Below, in pieces: positions 10,852-22,971 of a stretch of 64,000 nucleotides of DNA. The stretch's first letter is position 1. Each line of letters opens with the position of its first letter. The notes under the pieces were generated by a model. That model made no database searches, was not told where the DNA came from, and saw only the letters and a list, made by a program, of their open reading frames with translations. The DNA comes from Squalus acanthias (taxonomy: Eukaryota). The DNA is taken from the NCBI GenBank assembly GCA_030390025.1, contig CM059438.1:53074001-53138000 (forward strand), read 5' to 3'. The translations under genes were made by a program, and so were the position numbers.

Positions 10852-13843
10852 AGAACATAGAACATAGAACAGTACAGCACAGTACAGGCCCTTCGGCCCT
10901 CGATGTTGTGCCGAGCATTGTCCGAGACCAAGATCAAGCTATCACACTCCCTATCACTCTGGTGTGCTCCATGTGCTTATCCAATAACCGCTTGAAAGTT
11001 CCTAAAGTGTCCGACTCCACTATCACAGCAGGCAGTCCATTCCACACCCCAACCACTCTCTGAGTAAAGAATCTACCTCGGACATCCCTTCTATATCTCC
11101 CCCCATGCACCTTATAGTTATGCCCCCTTGTAACAGCTGCCTCTACCCGAGGAAATAGTCTCTGAACATCCACTCTATCTATCCCCCTCATCATCTTATA
11201 AACCTCTATTAAGTCGCCTCTCATCCTCCTCCGCTCTAAAGAGAAAAGCCCCAACTCCCTCAATCTTTCCTCATAAGACCTCCCCCCCAAACCAGGCAGC
11301 ATCCTGGTAAATCTCCTTTGCACTCTTTCCAATGCTTCCACGTCCTTCCTATAGTGAGGTGACCAGAACTGCACACAATATTCCAAATGTGGTCTCACCA
11401 AGGTCCTGTACAGTTGCAGCATAACCTCACGGTTCTTAAACTCAAACCCTCTGTTAATAAACGCCAACACACCATAGGCCTTCTTTACTGCTCTATCCAC
11501 TTGAGTGGCAACCTTCAGAGATCTGTGGATATGAACCCCCAGATCCCTCTGTTCCTCCACGTTCCTCAGAACCCTGCCGTTGACCCTGTAATCCTTATTC
11601 AAATTTGCCCTACCAAAATGAATCACCTCGCACTTATCAGGGTTAAATTCCATCTGCCATTTTTCGGCCCAGCTCTGCATCCTATCAATGTCTCTTTGCA
11701 GCCTACAACAGCCCTCCACCTCATCCACTGCTCCACCAATCTTGGTGTCATCAGCAAATTTACTGATCCACCCTTCAGTCCCCTCCTCCAAGTCATTGAT
11801 AAAAATCACAAACAGCAGAGGACCCAGCACCGACCCCTGTGGCACACCGCTGGTAACTGGTCTCCAGTCCGAAAATGCTCCATCCACCACCACCCTCTGC
11901 CTTCTATGAGATAGCCAGTTACTTATCCAATCGGCCAAATTTCCCTCTATCCCACAACTCCTTACTTTCTTCATGAGACGACCATGAGGAACCTTATCAA
12001 ACGCCTTACTAAAATCCATGTATACGACATCAACTGCTCTACCTTCATCTACACACTTAGTTACCTCCTCAAAGAATTCAATCAAATTTGTTAGGCAAGA
12101 CTTACCCTTCACGAATCCGTGTTGACTATCCCTGATTAAGTTGCCCCTTTCCAAATGGTCATAAATCCTATCCCTCAGGACCTTTTCCATTATCTTACCA
12201 ACCACCGAAGTAAGACTAACCGGCCTATAATTACCAGGGTCATTCCTATTTCCTTTCTTGAAGAGAGGAACAACATTCGCCACTCTCCAGTCCTCTGGCA
12301 CCATTCCCGTGGACAGTGAGGACCCAAAGATCAAAGCCAGAGGCTCTGCAATCTCCTCCCTTGCCTCCCAAAGAATCCTAGGATATATCCCATCTGGCCC
12401 AGGGGACTTATCGACCCTCAGGTTCTTCAAAATTGCTAAAACATCTTCCCTCAGAACATCTACCACCTCCAGCCTATCCACCTTTATCACACTCTCATCC
12501 TCAAGAACATGGCCCCTCTCCTCGGTGAACACTGACGAAAAGTATTCATTCATCACCTCTCCTATCTCTTCTGACTCCATGCACAAGTTCCCACTACTGT
12601 CCTTGACCGGCCCTACCCTCACCCTGGTCATTCTTTTATTTCTCACATAAGAGTAAAAGGCCTTGGGGTTTTTCTTGATCCGACCCGCCAAGGACTTCTC
12701 ATGCCCCCTCCTAGCTCTCCTAAGCTCTTTTTTTAGCTCATTCCTTGCTACCTTGTACCCCTCAATCGACCCAACTGAACCTTGTTTTCTCATCCTTACA
12801 TACGCTTCCTTTTTCCTCTTGACTAGACATTCAACCTCTTTTGTGAACCATGGTTCTCTCACTCGGCCATTTCCTCCCTGCCTGACAGGGACATACCTAT
12901 CAAGGACACGCAGTAATTGCTCCATGAAAAAGCTCCACTTTTCGTTTGTGCCTTTCCCTGATAGTTTCTGTTCCCATCTTATACTCCCTAATTCTTGCCT
13001 AATCGCATCATAATTACCCCTCCCCCAATTATAAACCCTGCCCTGCCGTATGGCCCTATCCCTCTCCATTGCAATAGTGAAAGTTACCGAATTGTGGTCA
13101 CTATCTCCAAAGTGCTCTCCCACATACAAATCAAACACTTGGCCCGGTTCATTACCCAGTACCAAATCCAACGTGGCCCCAGCTCTTGTCGGCCTATCCA
13201 CATATTGTGTCAGGAAACCCTCCTGCACACACTGTGCAAAAACTATCCCATCCGAACTGTTTGACCTATAAAGGTTCCAATCAATATTTGGAAAGTTGAA
13301 GTCACCCATGACAACTACTCTGTGACCTCCACACCTATTCATAATCTGCTTTGCAATTTCTTCCTCCACATCTCTATTACTATTTGGGGGCCTGTAGAAA
13401 ACTCCTAACAACGTGACCGCTCCTTTCCTATTTCTAACTTCAGCCCATATTACCTCAGACGGCAGATCCCCCTCGAACTGCCTTTCTGCCGCTGTTAAAC
13501 TATCCTTGATTAACAATGCTACTCCTCCACCTTTCTTACCAACTTCCCTACTCTTACTGAAACATCTATACCCCGGAACTTCCAACAACCATTCCTGTCC
13601 CTGTTCTAACCATGTCTCCGTAATGGCCACCACATCGTAGTCCCAAGTACCAATCCACGCTCCAAGTTCTCCTACCTTATTCCGGATGCTCCTTGCATTG
13701 AAGTAGACACACTTCAAGCCATCTTCCTGTCTGCCGGTACATTCCTGCGACCTTGATACCCTCCTCAGTACCTCCCTACACTCACCACTGGCTCCTGGAC
13801 TACAGCCCTTTTTCCCATCCCCCTGACAAATTAGTTTAAACCC
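10852..13843 (-). mobile_element. Young CR1-clade LINE (HER1-like tail), 5'-truncated at the ORF1/ORF2 junction
   Basis: Uninterrupted ORF2 and a 3' (ttctatg)n microsatellite tail. Confidence 0.95.
10934..13840 (-). CDS. Intact CR1 ORF2, APE endonuclease plus reverse transcriptase
   Basis: 927-aa ORF with NARS, ITETWL, GDFN and SDH (EN) and GVPQGSVLGP and KFADD (RT). The frame stays open upstream to TTT AAA CTA at 13840 with no ATG before the EN domain. Confidence 0.93.
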   Translation of the reverse strand, partial: FKLICQGDGKKGCSPGASGECREVLRRVSRSQECTGRQEDGLKCVYFNARSIRNKVGELGAWIGTWDYDVVAITETWLEQGQEWLLEVPGYRCFSKSREVGKKGGGVALLIKDSLTAAERQFEGDLPSEVIWAEVRNRKGAVTLLGVFYRPPNSNRDVEEEIAKQIMNRCGGHRVVVMGDFNFPNIDWNLYRSNSSDGIVFAQCVQEGFLTQYVDRPTRAGATLDLVLGNEPGQVFDLYVGEHFGDSDHNSVTFTIAMERDRAIRQGRVYNWGRGNYDAIRQELGSIRWEQKLSGKGTNEKWSFFMEQLLRVLDRYVPVRQGGNGRVREPWFTKEVECLVKRKKEAYVRMRKQGSVGSIEGYKVARNELKKELRRARRGHEKSLAGRIKKNPKAFYSYVRNKRMTRVRVGPVKDSSGNLCMESEEIGEVMNEYFSSVFTEERGHVLEDESVIKVDRLEVVDVLREDVLAILKNLRVDKSPGPDGIYPRILWEAREEIAEPLALIFGSSLSTGMVPEDWRVANVVPLFKKGNRNDPGNYRPVSLTSVVGKIMEKVLRDRIYDHLERGNLIRDSQHGFVKGKSCLTNLIEFFEEVTKCVDEGRAVDVVYMDFSKAFDKVPHGRLMKKVRSCGIEGNLADWISNWLSHRRQRVVVDGAFSDWRPVTSGVPQGSVLGPLLFVIFINDLEEGTEGWISKFADDTKIGGAVDEVEGCCRLQRDIDRMQSWAEKWQMEFNPDKCEVIHFGRANLNKDYRVNGRVLRNVEEQRDLGVHIHRSLKVATQVDRAVKKAYGVLAFINRGFEFKNREVMLQLYRTLVRPHLEYCVQFWSPHYRKDVEALERVQRRFTRMLPGLGGRSYEERLRELGLFSLERRRMRGDLIEVYKMMRGIDRVDVQRLFPRVEAAVTRGHNYKVHGGRYRRDVRGRFFTQRVVGVWNGLPAVIVESDTLGTFKRLLDKHMEHTRVIGSVIA

Positions 13844-14949
13844 ACTTTTAACAAGGTAAGTAGTGAATTAAGTATTATTTTGAAATTTTTTTAACAGGTA
13901 TATCTTTTTTAGAGACTTTAAAGACAGGTAAGTTTATTTTTATAACTTTTTAAAAGATTTTAAATTTTTTCAAAAATTTAATTTTTTATTTAAAATGGTT
14001 AATTTATTTAACTATACTTATTTTATCAATGTGATGGTTTTTTTTTAATTTAATTGAGGTTTAGCGGTTCTTTTGGGGGGCTATAGTATTCATAGCTTTC
14101 ACAGCACTTATGTGAAAGTTATGAATGGAAGATGGTGTGCTGCCATTGGCTCTAACTGAGTCACGTGATCCCACAGCTCGCACGAATTAACTGCGCCGGT
14201 GGGATACGCAAGCCCAGCACACCAGCTGTCCAGAACATCAAGTTCGTGCGAGCTGGAACTGAAAAAGCCAACGCGCAGTGAGAGATCGCGGGGAGGCCTT
14301 ACCCTCGCACGAAGGCTTCCTCACGAATTTTTGGGCCATTGTTTTAAGAAACTGTCCTGAATATACTCTATGAACTCGTCCTCAAGGCGACCTTTGCCAA
14401 TTTGATTTGTCCAATCTATAATGAAGATTAAAATCACCCACGATTATTGCAGTACCTTTCTTACAAGCCCTCATTATTTCTTGATTTATACTCTGTCCCA
14501 CAGTGTAGCTACTGTTAGGGGACTATAGACTACTCCCACCAGTGACTTATTTCCCTTATTATTTCTTATTCAACCCAAACTGATTCTACATTTTGATCTC
14601 CTGAGCCAAGATAATTTCTCATTCCTGTACTGATCTCATCCTTTATTAACAGAGCTACCACACCGCCTTTTCCTTTCTGCCTATCCTTCTAAAATGTCAA
14701 ATACCCCATAATATTTAGTTCCCAGCCTTGGCCACCTTGCACCCATATCTCTGAAATGCCTATCAGATCATACCCATTTATTTCTATTTGTGCCGTCAAT
14801 TCATCTATCTTGTTATAAATGCTGCGTGCATTCAGATAAAGAGCCTTTAATTTTGTCTTTTTTACCATTTTTCCCTACGCTGACCCTCTTTGCTGGTACA
14901 CTCTTATGCTTGTATGCTCTGTCCCTGCCTGTCACACTCTGGTTATCAT

Positions 14950-17900
14950 AGAAACATAGAAGATAGGAGCAGGAGTAGGCCATTCGGCCCCTCGAGCCTG
15001 CTCCGCCATTTAATGAGATCATGGCTGATCATCCAAATTCAGTACCCTGTCCCTGCTTTCTCCCCAAACCCCTTGATCCCTTTAGCCTTAAGAAATATAT
15101 CTAACTCCTTCTTGAATATATTTAATGAATTGGCCTCAACTGCCTTCTGTGGTAGAGAATTCCACAGGTTCACCACTCTCTGGGTGAAGAAATTCCTCCT
15201 CATCTCAGTCCTAAATGGCTTACCCCTTATCCTTAGACTGTGACCCCTGATTCTGGACTCCCCCACCATCGGGAACATCCTTCCTGCATCTAGTCTGTCT
15301 AGTCCTGTTAGAATTTTATAAGTTTCAATGAGATGCCCTCTCATTCTTCTAAACTCTGGCGAATATAAGCCTAATCAACCCAATCTCTCTTCATACGTCA
15401 TTCCTGCCATCCCAGGTATCAGTCTGGTGAATCTTCGCTGCACTCCCTCCATGGCAAGAACATCCTTCATCAGATAAGGCGACTAAAACCGCACACAATA
15501 CTCAAGGTGTGGTCTCACCAAGGCCCTGTAAAACTGCAGCAAGACATCCTTGCTCCTGTACTCGAATCCTCTCGCTATGAAGGCCAACATACCATTTGCC
15601 TTCTTAACCGCCTGCTGCACCTGCATGCTTACCTTCAGCGACTGGTGCACAAGGACACCCAGGTCTCGTTGCACTTCCCCTTTTCCCAATCTATTGCCGT
15701 TCAGATAATAATGTCTTCCTGTTTTTGCCACCAAAGTGGATAACCTCGCATTTATCCACATTATACTGCATCTGCCATATCACCCAACCTGTCCAAATCA
15801 TACTGGAGTTTCTCTGCATCCTCCTCACAGCACGCACGCCCACCCAGCTTTGTGTCATCTGCAAACTTGGAGATATTACATTTAGTTCCCTCGTCTGGAT
15901 CATTTATATATCTTGTGAATAGCTGGTGTCCTAGCACCGATCCCTGTGGTACCCCACTAGTCACTGCCTGCCACTCGGAAAAAGACCCATTTATTCCAAC
16001 TCTTTGCTTCCTGTCTGCCAACCAGTTCTCTATCCAAGTCAGTACCTTACCCCCAATCCCATGTGCTTTAACTTTGCACGCTAATCTCTTATGCGGGACC
16101 ATATCGAAAGCCTTCTGAAAGTCCAAATACACCACATCCACTGGTTCTCCCTTATCTATTCTACCAGTTACATCCTCAAAAAATTCCAGTAGATTAGTCA
16201 AGCAAGATTTACCTTTTGTAAATCCATGTTGACTTTGTCCGATCCTGTCACTGTTTTCCAAGTGCTCTGCTATTACATCTTTTATAATGGACTCTAGCAT
16301 TTTCCCCACTACCGATGTCAGGCTTACCGGTCTATAATTCTCCGTTTTCTCTCTGCCACCTTTTTTAAATAGTGGGGTTACATTAGCTACCCTCCAAACC
16401 ATGGGAACTGTTCCAGAGTCTATAGAATTTTGGTAGATGACCAGCAATGCATCGACTATTTCTAGGGCTACTTCCTTAAGTACCCTAGGATGTAGATTAT
16501 CAGGCCCTGGGGATTTATCGGCCTTCAATCCCGTCAATTTCCCTAACACCATTTCCCTACAAATACTGATTTCATTCAATTCCTCCCTCGCATTAGACCC
16601 TATGTTCCCCGACATCTCTGGGAGGTTATTTGTGTCCTCCTTTGTGAAGACAGAACCAAAATATGTATTTAATTGGTCTGCCATTTCTTTGTTCACCATT
16701 ATAAATTCCCCAGATTCTGACTGCAAGCGACCTACGCTTGACTTCACCAATCTTTTTCTCTTCACATATCTATAGAACCTTTTACAGTCAGTTTTTATGT
16801 TCCCTGCAAGCTTACTCTCATATTCTATTTCCCCCCTCTTAATTAATCCCTTTGTCCTCCTTTGCTGAATCCTAAACTGCTCCCAATCCTCAGGTTTGCT
16901 GCTTTTTCTGGCCAATATATATGTCCTCTCCTTGGATCTTATTCCCCTAATTTCCCTTGTTAGCCAAGGTTGAGTCACCTTTTTTGTTTTATTTTTATGC
17001 CAAACAGGGATGAACAAATTCTGTAGTTCATCCATGTGATCTTTAAATGTTTGCCATTGCCTATCCACCGTCAACCCTTTAAGTAACGCTCCCCAATCCA
17101 TCCTAGCCAACTCGCGCCTCATACCATCATAGTTTCCTTTATTTAAATTCAGGACCCTAGTCTCTGAGTCAACTATTTCACTCTCCCTTTTAATGAAGAA
17201 TTCTATCATATTATGATCGCTCCTCCCCAAGGGACCTCGCACAACAAGATTGCTAATTAATCCTTTCTCATTACATAATACCCAGTCTAAGATGGCCTGA
17301 TCTCTAGTTGGTTCCTCGACATATTGGTCCAGGAAACCATCCCGTATACACTCTAGGAATTCCTCCTCCACAGTATTGTTACTAATTTGGTTAGCCCAAT
17401 CTATATGTAGATTAAAGTCACCCATGATAACTGCTGTGCCCTTATTGCACGCGTCTCTAATTTCCTGTTTAATGCCATCCCCAACCTCAGCATTACTGTT
17501 TGGGGGTCTGTATACAACACCCACTAATGTTTTCTGCCCCTTGGTATTTCTCAGCTCTACCCAAAAAGATTCCACATCATCAGAGCTAATATCCTTCCTT
17601 GCTATTGTGTTAATCTCCTCCTTAACCAACAATGCTACCCCACCTCCTTTTCCTTTTTGCCTGTCCTTCCCGAATATTGAATACCCCTGGATGTTGAATT
17701 CCCAGCGTTGGTCACCCTGGAGCCATGTCTGCATAATCCCAATTATATCATATCCGTTTACATCTATTTGCGCAGCTAATTCATCCACCTTATTACGAAT
17801 GCTCCTCGCATTAAGACACAAAGCCTTCAGGCTTGTTTTTTTAACACTCTTAGTCCTTTTAGAATTTTTATTTACTGTAGCCCTGTTTGATTTACACCCT

Positions 17901-18160
17901 TGATTTCTCTGCCTTCCACTTTTGCTTTTCTCCTTCCTGTCTTTTGTTTCTATCCTTGCTTCCCTTTCCTCTGTCTCCCTGCACAAGTTCCCAACCCCCT
18001 GCCATTTTAATTTAAACCCTCCCCAACAGCACTAGCAAACATTCCCCCCAGGACATCAGTCCCAGTCCCGCCCAGGTGCAAACCGTCCAGTTTGTACTGG
18101 TCCCACCTCCCCCAGAACCGGTTCCAATGTCCCAGGAATTTGAATCCCTCCCCCTTGCAC
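14950..18160 (-). mobile_element. CR1 LINE with ORF1 3' end and near-complete ORF2
   Basis: 741-aa ORF 15761-17986 plus a frameshifted C-terminus, CAT TSD. Confidence 0.93.
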
Positions 18161-18660
18161 CATTACCTCTATTGCTACCCTGCACTATTGCCTTGCCAGG
18201 ATTCATGGAAAGGATGGTAGTAATGGTGGATGTAAGGGAGCTAGAACCAGGATGTGAGACTTCAATGTATTGGCACGCATTACAAGATGTGAGACGCTTG
18301 GTGTGTACTAGCCAGTGCTGCCAGAGGTAGAGGGGACTGCAAGATTTTGCTCTTCGGAAATCTTTTTCCTGTATCTTGGCTTGCAGGAGTACTGGAGGAA
18401 AAAACAGTACTCTTAACTCTGGTGAGCTTGAGCAGCATTTTATCTTCACTTTGTGGGTGTGTTATGAGGAAAGTGATAGCTGGTGAAGAGATTGAAGGAA
18501 ACATAGAAACATTAAATGAGAAAACGTATACATTCTCAGGATAACTACTGAAGCCACAGAAACTCCCACATCTCAATCCCCAATTACCAGGCCAGAGATG
18601 AAGCTAATTATTGCCATTGCTTCCTCTTTATGTGCTGTTAAATGCCAGCTGTTGGCAAGT

Positions 18661-19078
18661 CATAAGAACATAAGAAATAGGAGCAGGAGTAGGCCAATCG
18701 GCCCCTCGAGCCTGCTCCGCCATTCAATAAGATCATGGCTGATCTGATCCTAACCTCAAATCTAAAGAACACAAGAAGTAGGAGCAGGACCCAGCCACTC
18801 AGCCCCTGGGCCCGCTCCGCCACCCACAGGGCCCTGACCGATCCGAACTCAGCCTCATGTCCAATTTCCTGCCCGCTCACCGTAACCCCGAATTCCCTTT
18901 ACCTCTAGGAAACTATCTATTTCTGTTTTAAATTTATTTAATGATGTAGCTTCCACAGCTTCCTGGGGCAGCAAATTCCACAGACCTACCACCCTCTGAG
19001 TGAAGAAGTTTCTCCTCATCTCAGTTTTGAAAGAGCAGCCCCTTATTCTAAGATTATGCCCCCTAGTTCTAGTTTCAT
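18661..19078 (-). mobile_element. CR1 3' fragment with tandemly duplicated 3' UTR
   Basis: Two consecutive copies of the gaaca(t/c)aagaa(a/g)taggagcagga UTR motif. Confidence 0.85.
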
Positions 19079-20459
19079 CCTCCTACAGTGGCCTGGCATT
19101 TTGTGCAATCTTCTCTTACAGGAGGCATGCATAGTGTTAATTACAGTCACAATTAGTCAGATTCAGTGTTAGTAATGGTGGATGTAAGCGAGCTAGAACC
19201 CAGGATGTGAGACTTCAATGTATTAGCATGCATTGCAAGATGTGAGACACTTGACATGGGGGCTGCCAAATGACTTTGATTCTATGACAAAGATAACGAT
19301 GCAATATGTTATCCCAAAGGGAAATGCTTGACTATTGTACTAGGAAATACCCATGTGCTTCTCTGTGAATCACTTACCTGCCCTGTTATTCATCTGAAAA
19401 CATTCTTACCTGTGTTGACCTAGTGAAAGTATTAAACTTCTTTCAACACTGCAAGGGGGTGCGTGGGTTTATGAAGTTTGCATTCAATGCCATTGCCACT
19501 TCTATCCATATTGCTGCATGCAATGGTCTCCTCCTTGGTACTCCAACCATTGCTTTCCTTCTCTCTCGAATTTGGGTCAGCAACACTTTCACATAAACAC
19601 AAAGCATTTCAGTTACTCTTCCATGAGCTTGTTCAGCCCTTTAATTGCATACAGCCCCATAAATACAGAAGTTGTGCTCTACCTCTGCCCCCTTCCCAAA
19701 TTTTCAGATCTCCCCCAGTATACCTGGGTTCTTGCTGGCAGGACTCTCACCATTTCCCATCAACATTTAAATTAGCTGACAGAGGGTCAGCCTCCTATGA
19801 TTTCACGTTCCGCCACTGCATCAGGGACACAAGAATTTCTAAGCCAGTATGTAAATATGGCACAAACAGAATGATACCTGTGTAAGAATAGCACACACAA
19901 GAATAATGTCTGTGTAAAAGTAGCACACGAAGGAATAATAACTGTAAAAATGTACACAGGAGAAACGGCCTAGAAACCCGATTGCACCCAGAATCGAGTT
20001 TGCAGGGAACACTGCATATGCCTTTTAGTATTGACTCAGACAGCCCACAATATTCGTGCTCCTGATCAATTCAATGACACAGGTGTGTAACCAGGGCTAC
20101 CTGTGCTACTCATTGTTTGCATGCCTGTCAAGGGGGGTGGGGGTGGATATCGAGCATCTCTGACACTGCTTAAAGGCAGCCAGCACCTCTTAAAGGGGAG
20201 GTGTATTCTGGCTGCAGTTCCAAATGGCATGGGAGAGCTGAAGTAAGCGATATGGTGGAGGAAGCAGTTTTAGGGTTGTGCATGCAAGTAATTGCTGTTA
20301 AGGCAGGTGGGTAGCTGTACTGTAAGATCCCAAGTTAGTGTAGAACCAGAGTGCTTTATGAACAGTTCGCTGTAAAACTGTTACTTTTTTTGAAGGTGAA
20401 ATGTATGCTGGGGCCTGGAGTGCCTGAGGTTTGTTAAGGGAGAGTGCCCAGTGTGTTAC

Positions 20460-20720
20460 CTTGGCTGTCTAGTGAAGTCATTGAGGTTTCTGCAGTCCTG
20501 GGGGTGAGAAGGTTTGCAATCAGTGCCAATGCCAACTCCCTCCACATGGCACAAATGATCTTTTTGGCAGATTTCCTGCCAGACACCCAACAGTCTGTCC
20601 CTCCTCTGCTCGATTTTAACGAGAAAGGTTTGTTGGTCAAACTCTGAAATTGTAGCATCTTGTTCTCTGGCCCTGTCCTGCTCTTGTCCCTTCTTTGGCT
20701 GCCTCTGCTAGTTATCCTGT
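20460..20720 (-). pseudogene. Harbinger Myb/SANT-like ORF remnant
   Basis: Frameshifted pieces KIEQRRDRLL and MWRELALALIANLLTPRT resemble the Harbinger trihelix domain. Confidence 0.5.
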
Positions 20721-21409
20721 CTTAAGCATTCATAAGACATCCAGCCAAGTTAGCTGACAGTCAGTTGACTGAGCCGAGCACTGTTCCTTACTGACCTGCT
20801 GCTCCCCCAGCATGCTGCTGCCATCTTCAGCCAGAACTACTTTCTAAAAGGCTGCATATTAATTTTCATGCATTCCAGCAGCTTATTCCTATTTTACACA
20901 TATCACTATTCTAATGGATTTGCAAATGAGCTGTTCCAGGAAATTCTGGTGTAAATACCTCTTCAGCACATCGGCAGGTGCAATTCTTTTTCCATTGGTG
21001 TAAAAGCAATGCAACTCACTATGTAGATGGTGCTAATGGGGTGCTAAAGCAGTATTGCTGAGGCGAGGCGAATCCAGCGCCGCATGCCAAATCCGCACCC
21101 CCCAACCCCCATAGCGCCGCTGGTAATAGGTATTGCCAGGAACGTCAATACCAGGTAGATCGTAACGTCAGTGAGTGTGTAACGCTCAACAACCACCCAA
21201 TTTGCAAAACTGATTCTCGGCACTTACCTCACCGCCTGGAGTAAACACTGACAGGGAGAGCTGACATGCAGCAGCAGGAAGTTGTGCACGATAATAAATA
21301 GTTAATTCGACGTAGCACATTTTGTGATGTTTCTCATTTGACCTTTGCCCAGTGATACTTGCGAGCTGCATGTAATGATGTGGTTGTGCTATCTCATTTA
21401 TTGGAAGCG

Positions 21410-22502
21410 CTGTCTAATGAGGCGATCATGAATGGCCCTTGCAGAAGCAAGATTGAGTGGCTCCCTCCTACATTGGTGCTGCTCCTCCTCCTGAGGTGGA
21501 CCTGCAATCCCTGGTGGCAATAGCTGGGCCCTCAGAATGGCCAGGTTGTGCAGCATGCAACAATGAAAAGGGAGACTCGATCAGGGGAGTACTGCAGGGC
21601 TCCTCCAGAGCGGTCAAGGCAGCGGAACCATTGCTATAGCACCCCGATTGTCTGTTTAATCAGGTTCCTGGTGGCGCTATGGCTCTCATTGTATGCGTGC
21701 TCAGCAGGAGTGTTGGGGTTACGGAGGGGTGTCATCAGCCAGGTGGCGAGTGGATAACCCTTGTCCCCGAGCAGCCAGCCGCGAGCTTCATGTGGTGGTG
21801 GAACAGTGCCTGGACTCCGGTCTCACGCAGGATGAATGCATCGTGGCTGCTGCCAGGATAGTGGGCATTGACGGCGAGGATGCGCCATCTGTGGTCGCAC
21901 ACCAACTGAATATTCAGAGAGCGGTAGCCTTTGCGGTTACGGAGGACCTCTGCATTGTGATGAGGTGCCCGCAATGCCACATGGGTGCAGTCAATGGCAT
22001 CCGGAACCATGGGGAAGCCCGCTATCCTTGCAAAGCCACATGAGCATTCATCCTGTTTCTCTCTGGTCATGGGAAATGAGATGTAGTCCCTTCTCCTTCT
22101 GTACAGAGCATCTGTCACCTCCCGGATGCAGCAATGGATGGCGAACTGCGAAATGTTCACAATATCCCCTGTTGAAGTCTGGAAGGAGCCGCTGGTGTAG
22201 AAATTGAGAGCGACTGTGACCTTCACTGAGAGACACGTCCTGGTCCTGATCTGAGGCTGGAGGTCTGACTGCAGGAGGTGGCAAAGCTCTGTGACCACCT
22301 CCTTGCTGAAGCGGAGCCTTCTAAGGTACTGCTCCTCCGAGAGATGAATGTAGGAGAACTGCTCCTGGAATACCCTGGGAGGGTAAGGTCTCCTGTTGAG
22401 AGCCCTGTTGGCCCTCCTCCCTCTGGCCACATTTTGCAATCTTTCTCTCTGCCTCTGACGGTGACGATGGAGGGCGAGGTCCAGTGCCAGTACAGCCCCC
22501 AT
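21410..22502 (-). pseudogene. PIF/Harbinger (HARBI1-like) transposase, frameshifted; element TIR ends at 22967
   Basis: GFPMVPDAIDCTHVAL, NRKGYRSLNIQLVCD and YPGSSHDAFIL, then in another frame [11 protein letters not shown]...ACCMLHNLAI. TIR acccaatttctagccc followed by TAT. Confidence 0.92.
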
Positions 22503-22971
22503 TAAGTGTTGGAAATGTTGCACTATCAAATGTAACCCAAATGAAAGTGATACATTTTTCTCAGGCACATAACTCCTTCAAGTAGGAAAAGCTCAAATCG
22601 GTAAAAACACCTGTCTGCTTCTGTCAAACTGACAAGGCAGCACTGTTTGCCAACTAAAAAAAAAATGGAAGTTCACGCCTTTAAATAGCACTCCTCCAGC
22701 TCTCAACCAACTGCAAACCGCCTCCTCTACCTGTCGTTGCTAACGGCAGGCGCTGAGGCAGGGGGCGAGAATGAATTTCCGGTCCGGGGCGCTGTGCGGC
22801 CGGATGACATCACGATCTCTGGCCGCAGGTGGGCGTGGAGATAGTGGTTAGCGCCGCCACAAACCACCAGGTGAATTTAGTTGGCGGCGCTAACATTGCC
22901 GCGCCCGGGCAGTAAGTCGTTAACACGGGCGCTAACAGGAGGCACTAAGGTACCCAATTTCTAGCCCTATG

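Larger units (their letters stand above)
10610..14337. mobile_element. Non-autonomous Harbinger element carrying a CR1 insertion
   Basis: TIRs ggcccaaaaattagtg / cacgaatttttgggcc and a 3-bp TSD ATT (10607-10609, 14338-14340). Confidence 0.88.
8240..18197 (-). mobile_element. CR1 LINE split into 8240-10609, 14338-14949 and 18161-18197 by nested insertions
   Basis: RT ORF 8881-9984 (GVPQGSVLGP, KFADD) and EN pieces. The sequence resumes colinearly across the ATT and CAT target duplications. Confidence 0.9.

Noticed and set aside
21735..22568. Domesticated HARBI1 gene
   Set aside because: It has a frameshift and a stop, an adjacent TIR and an intronic position, so it is a transposon relic.
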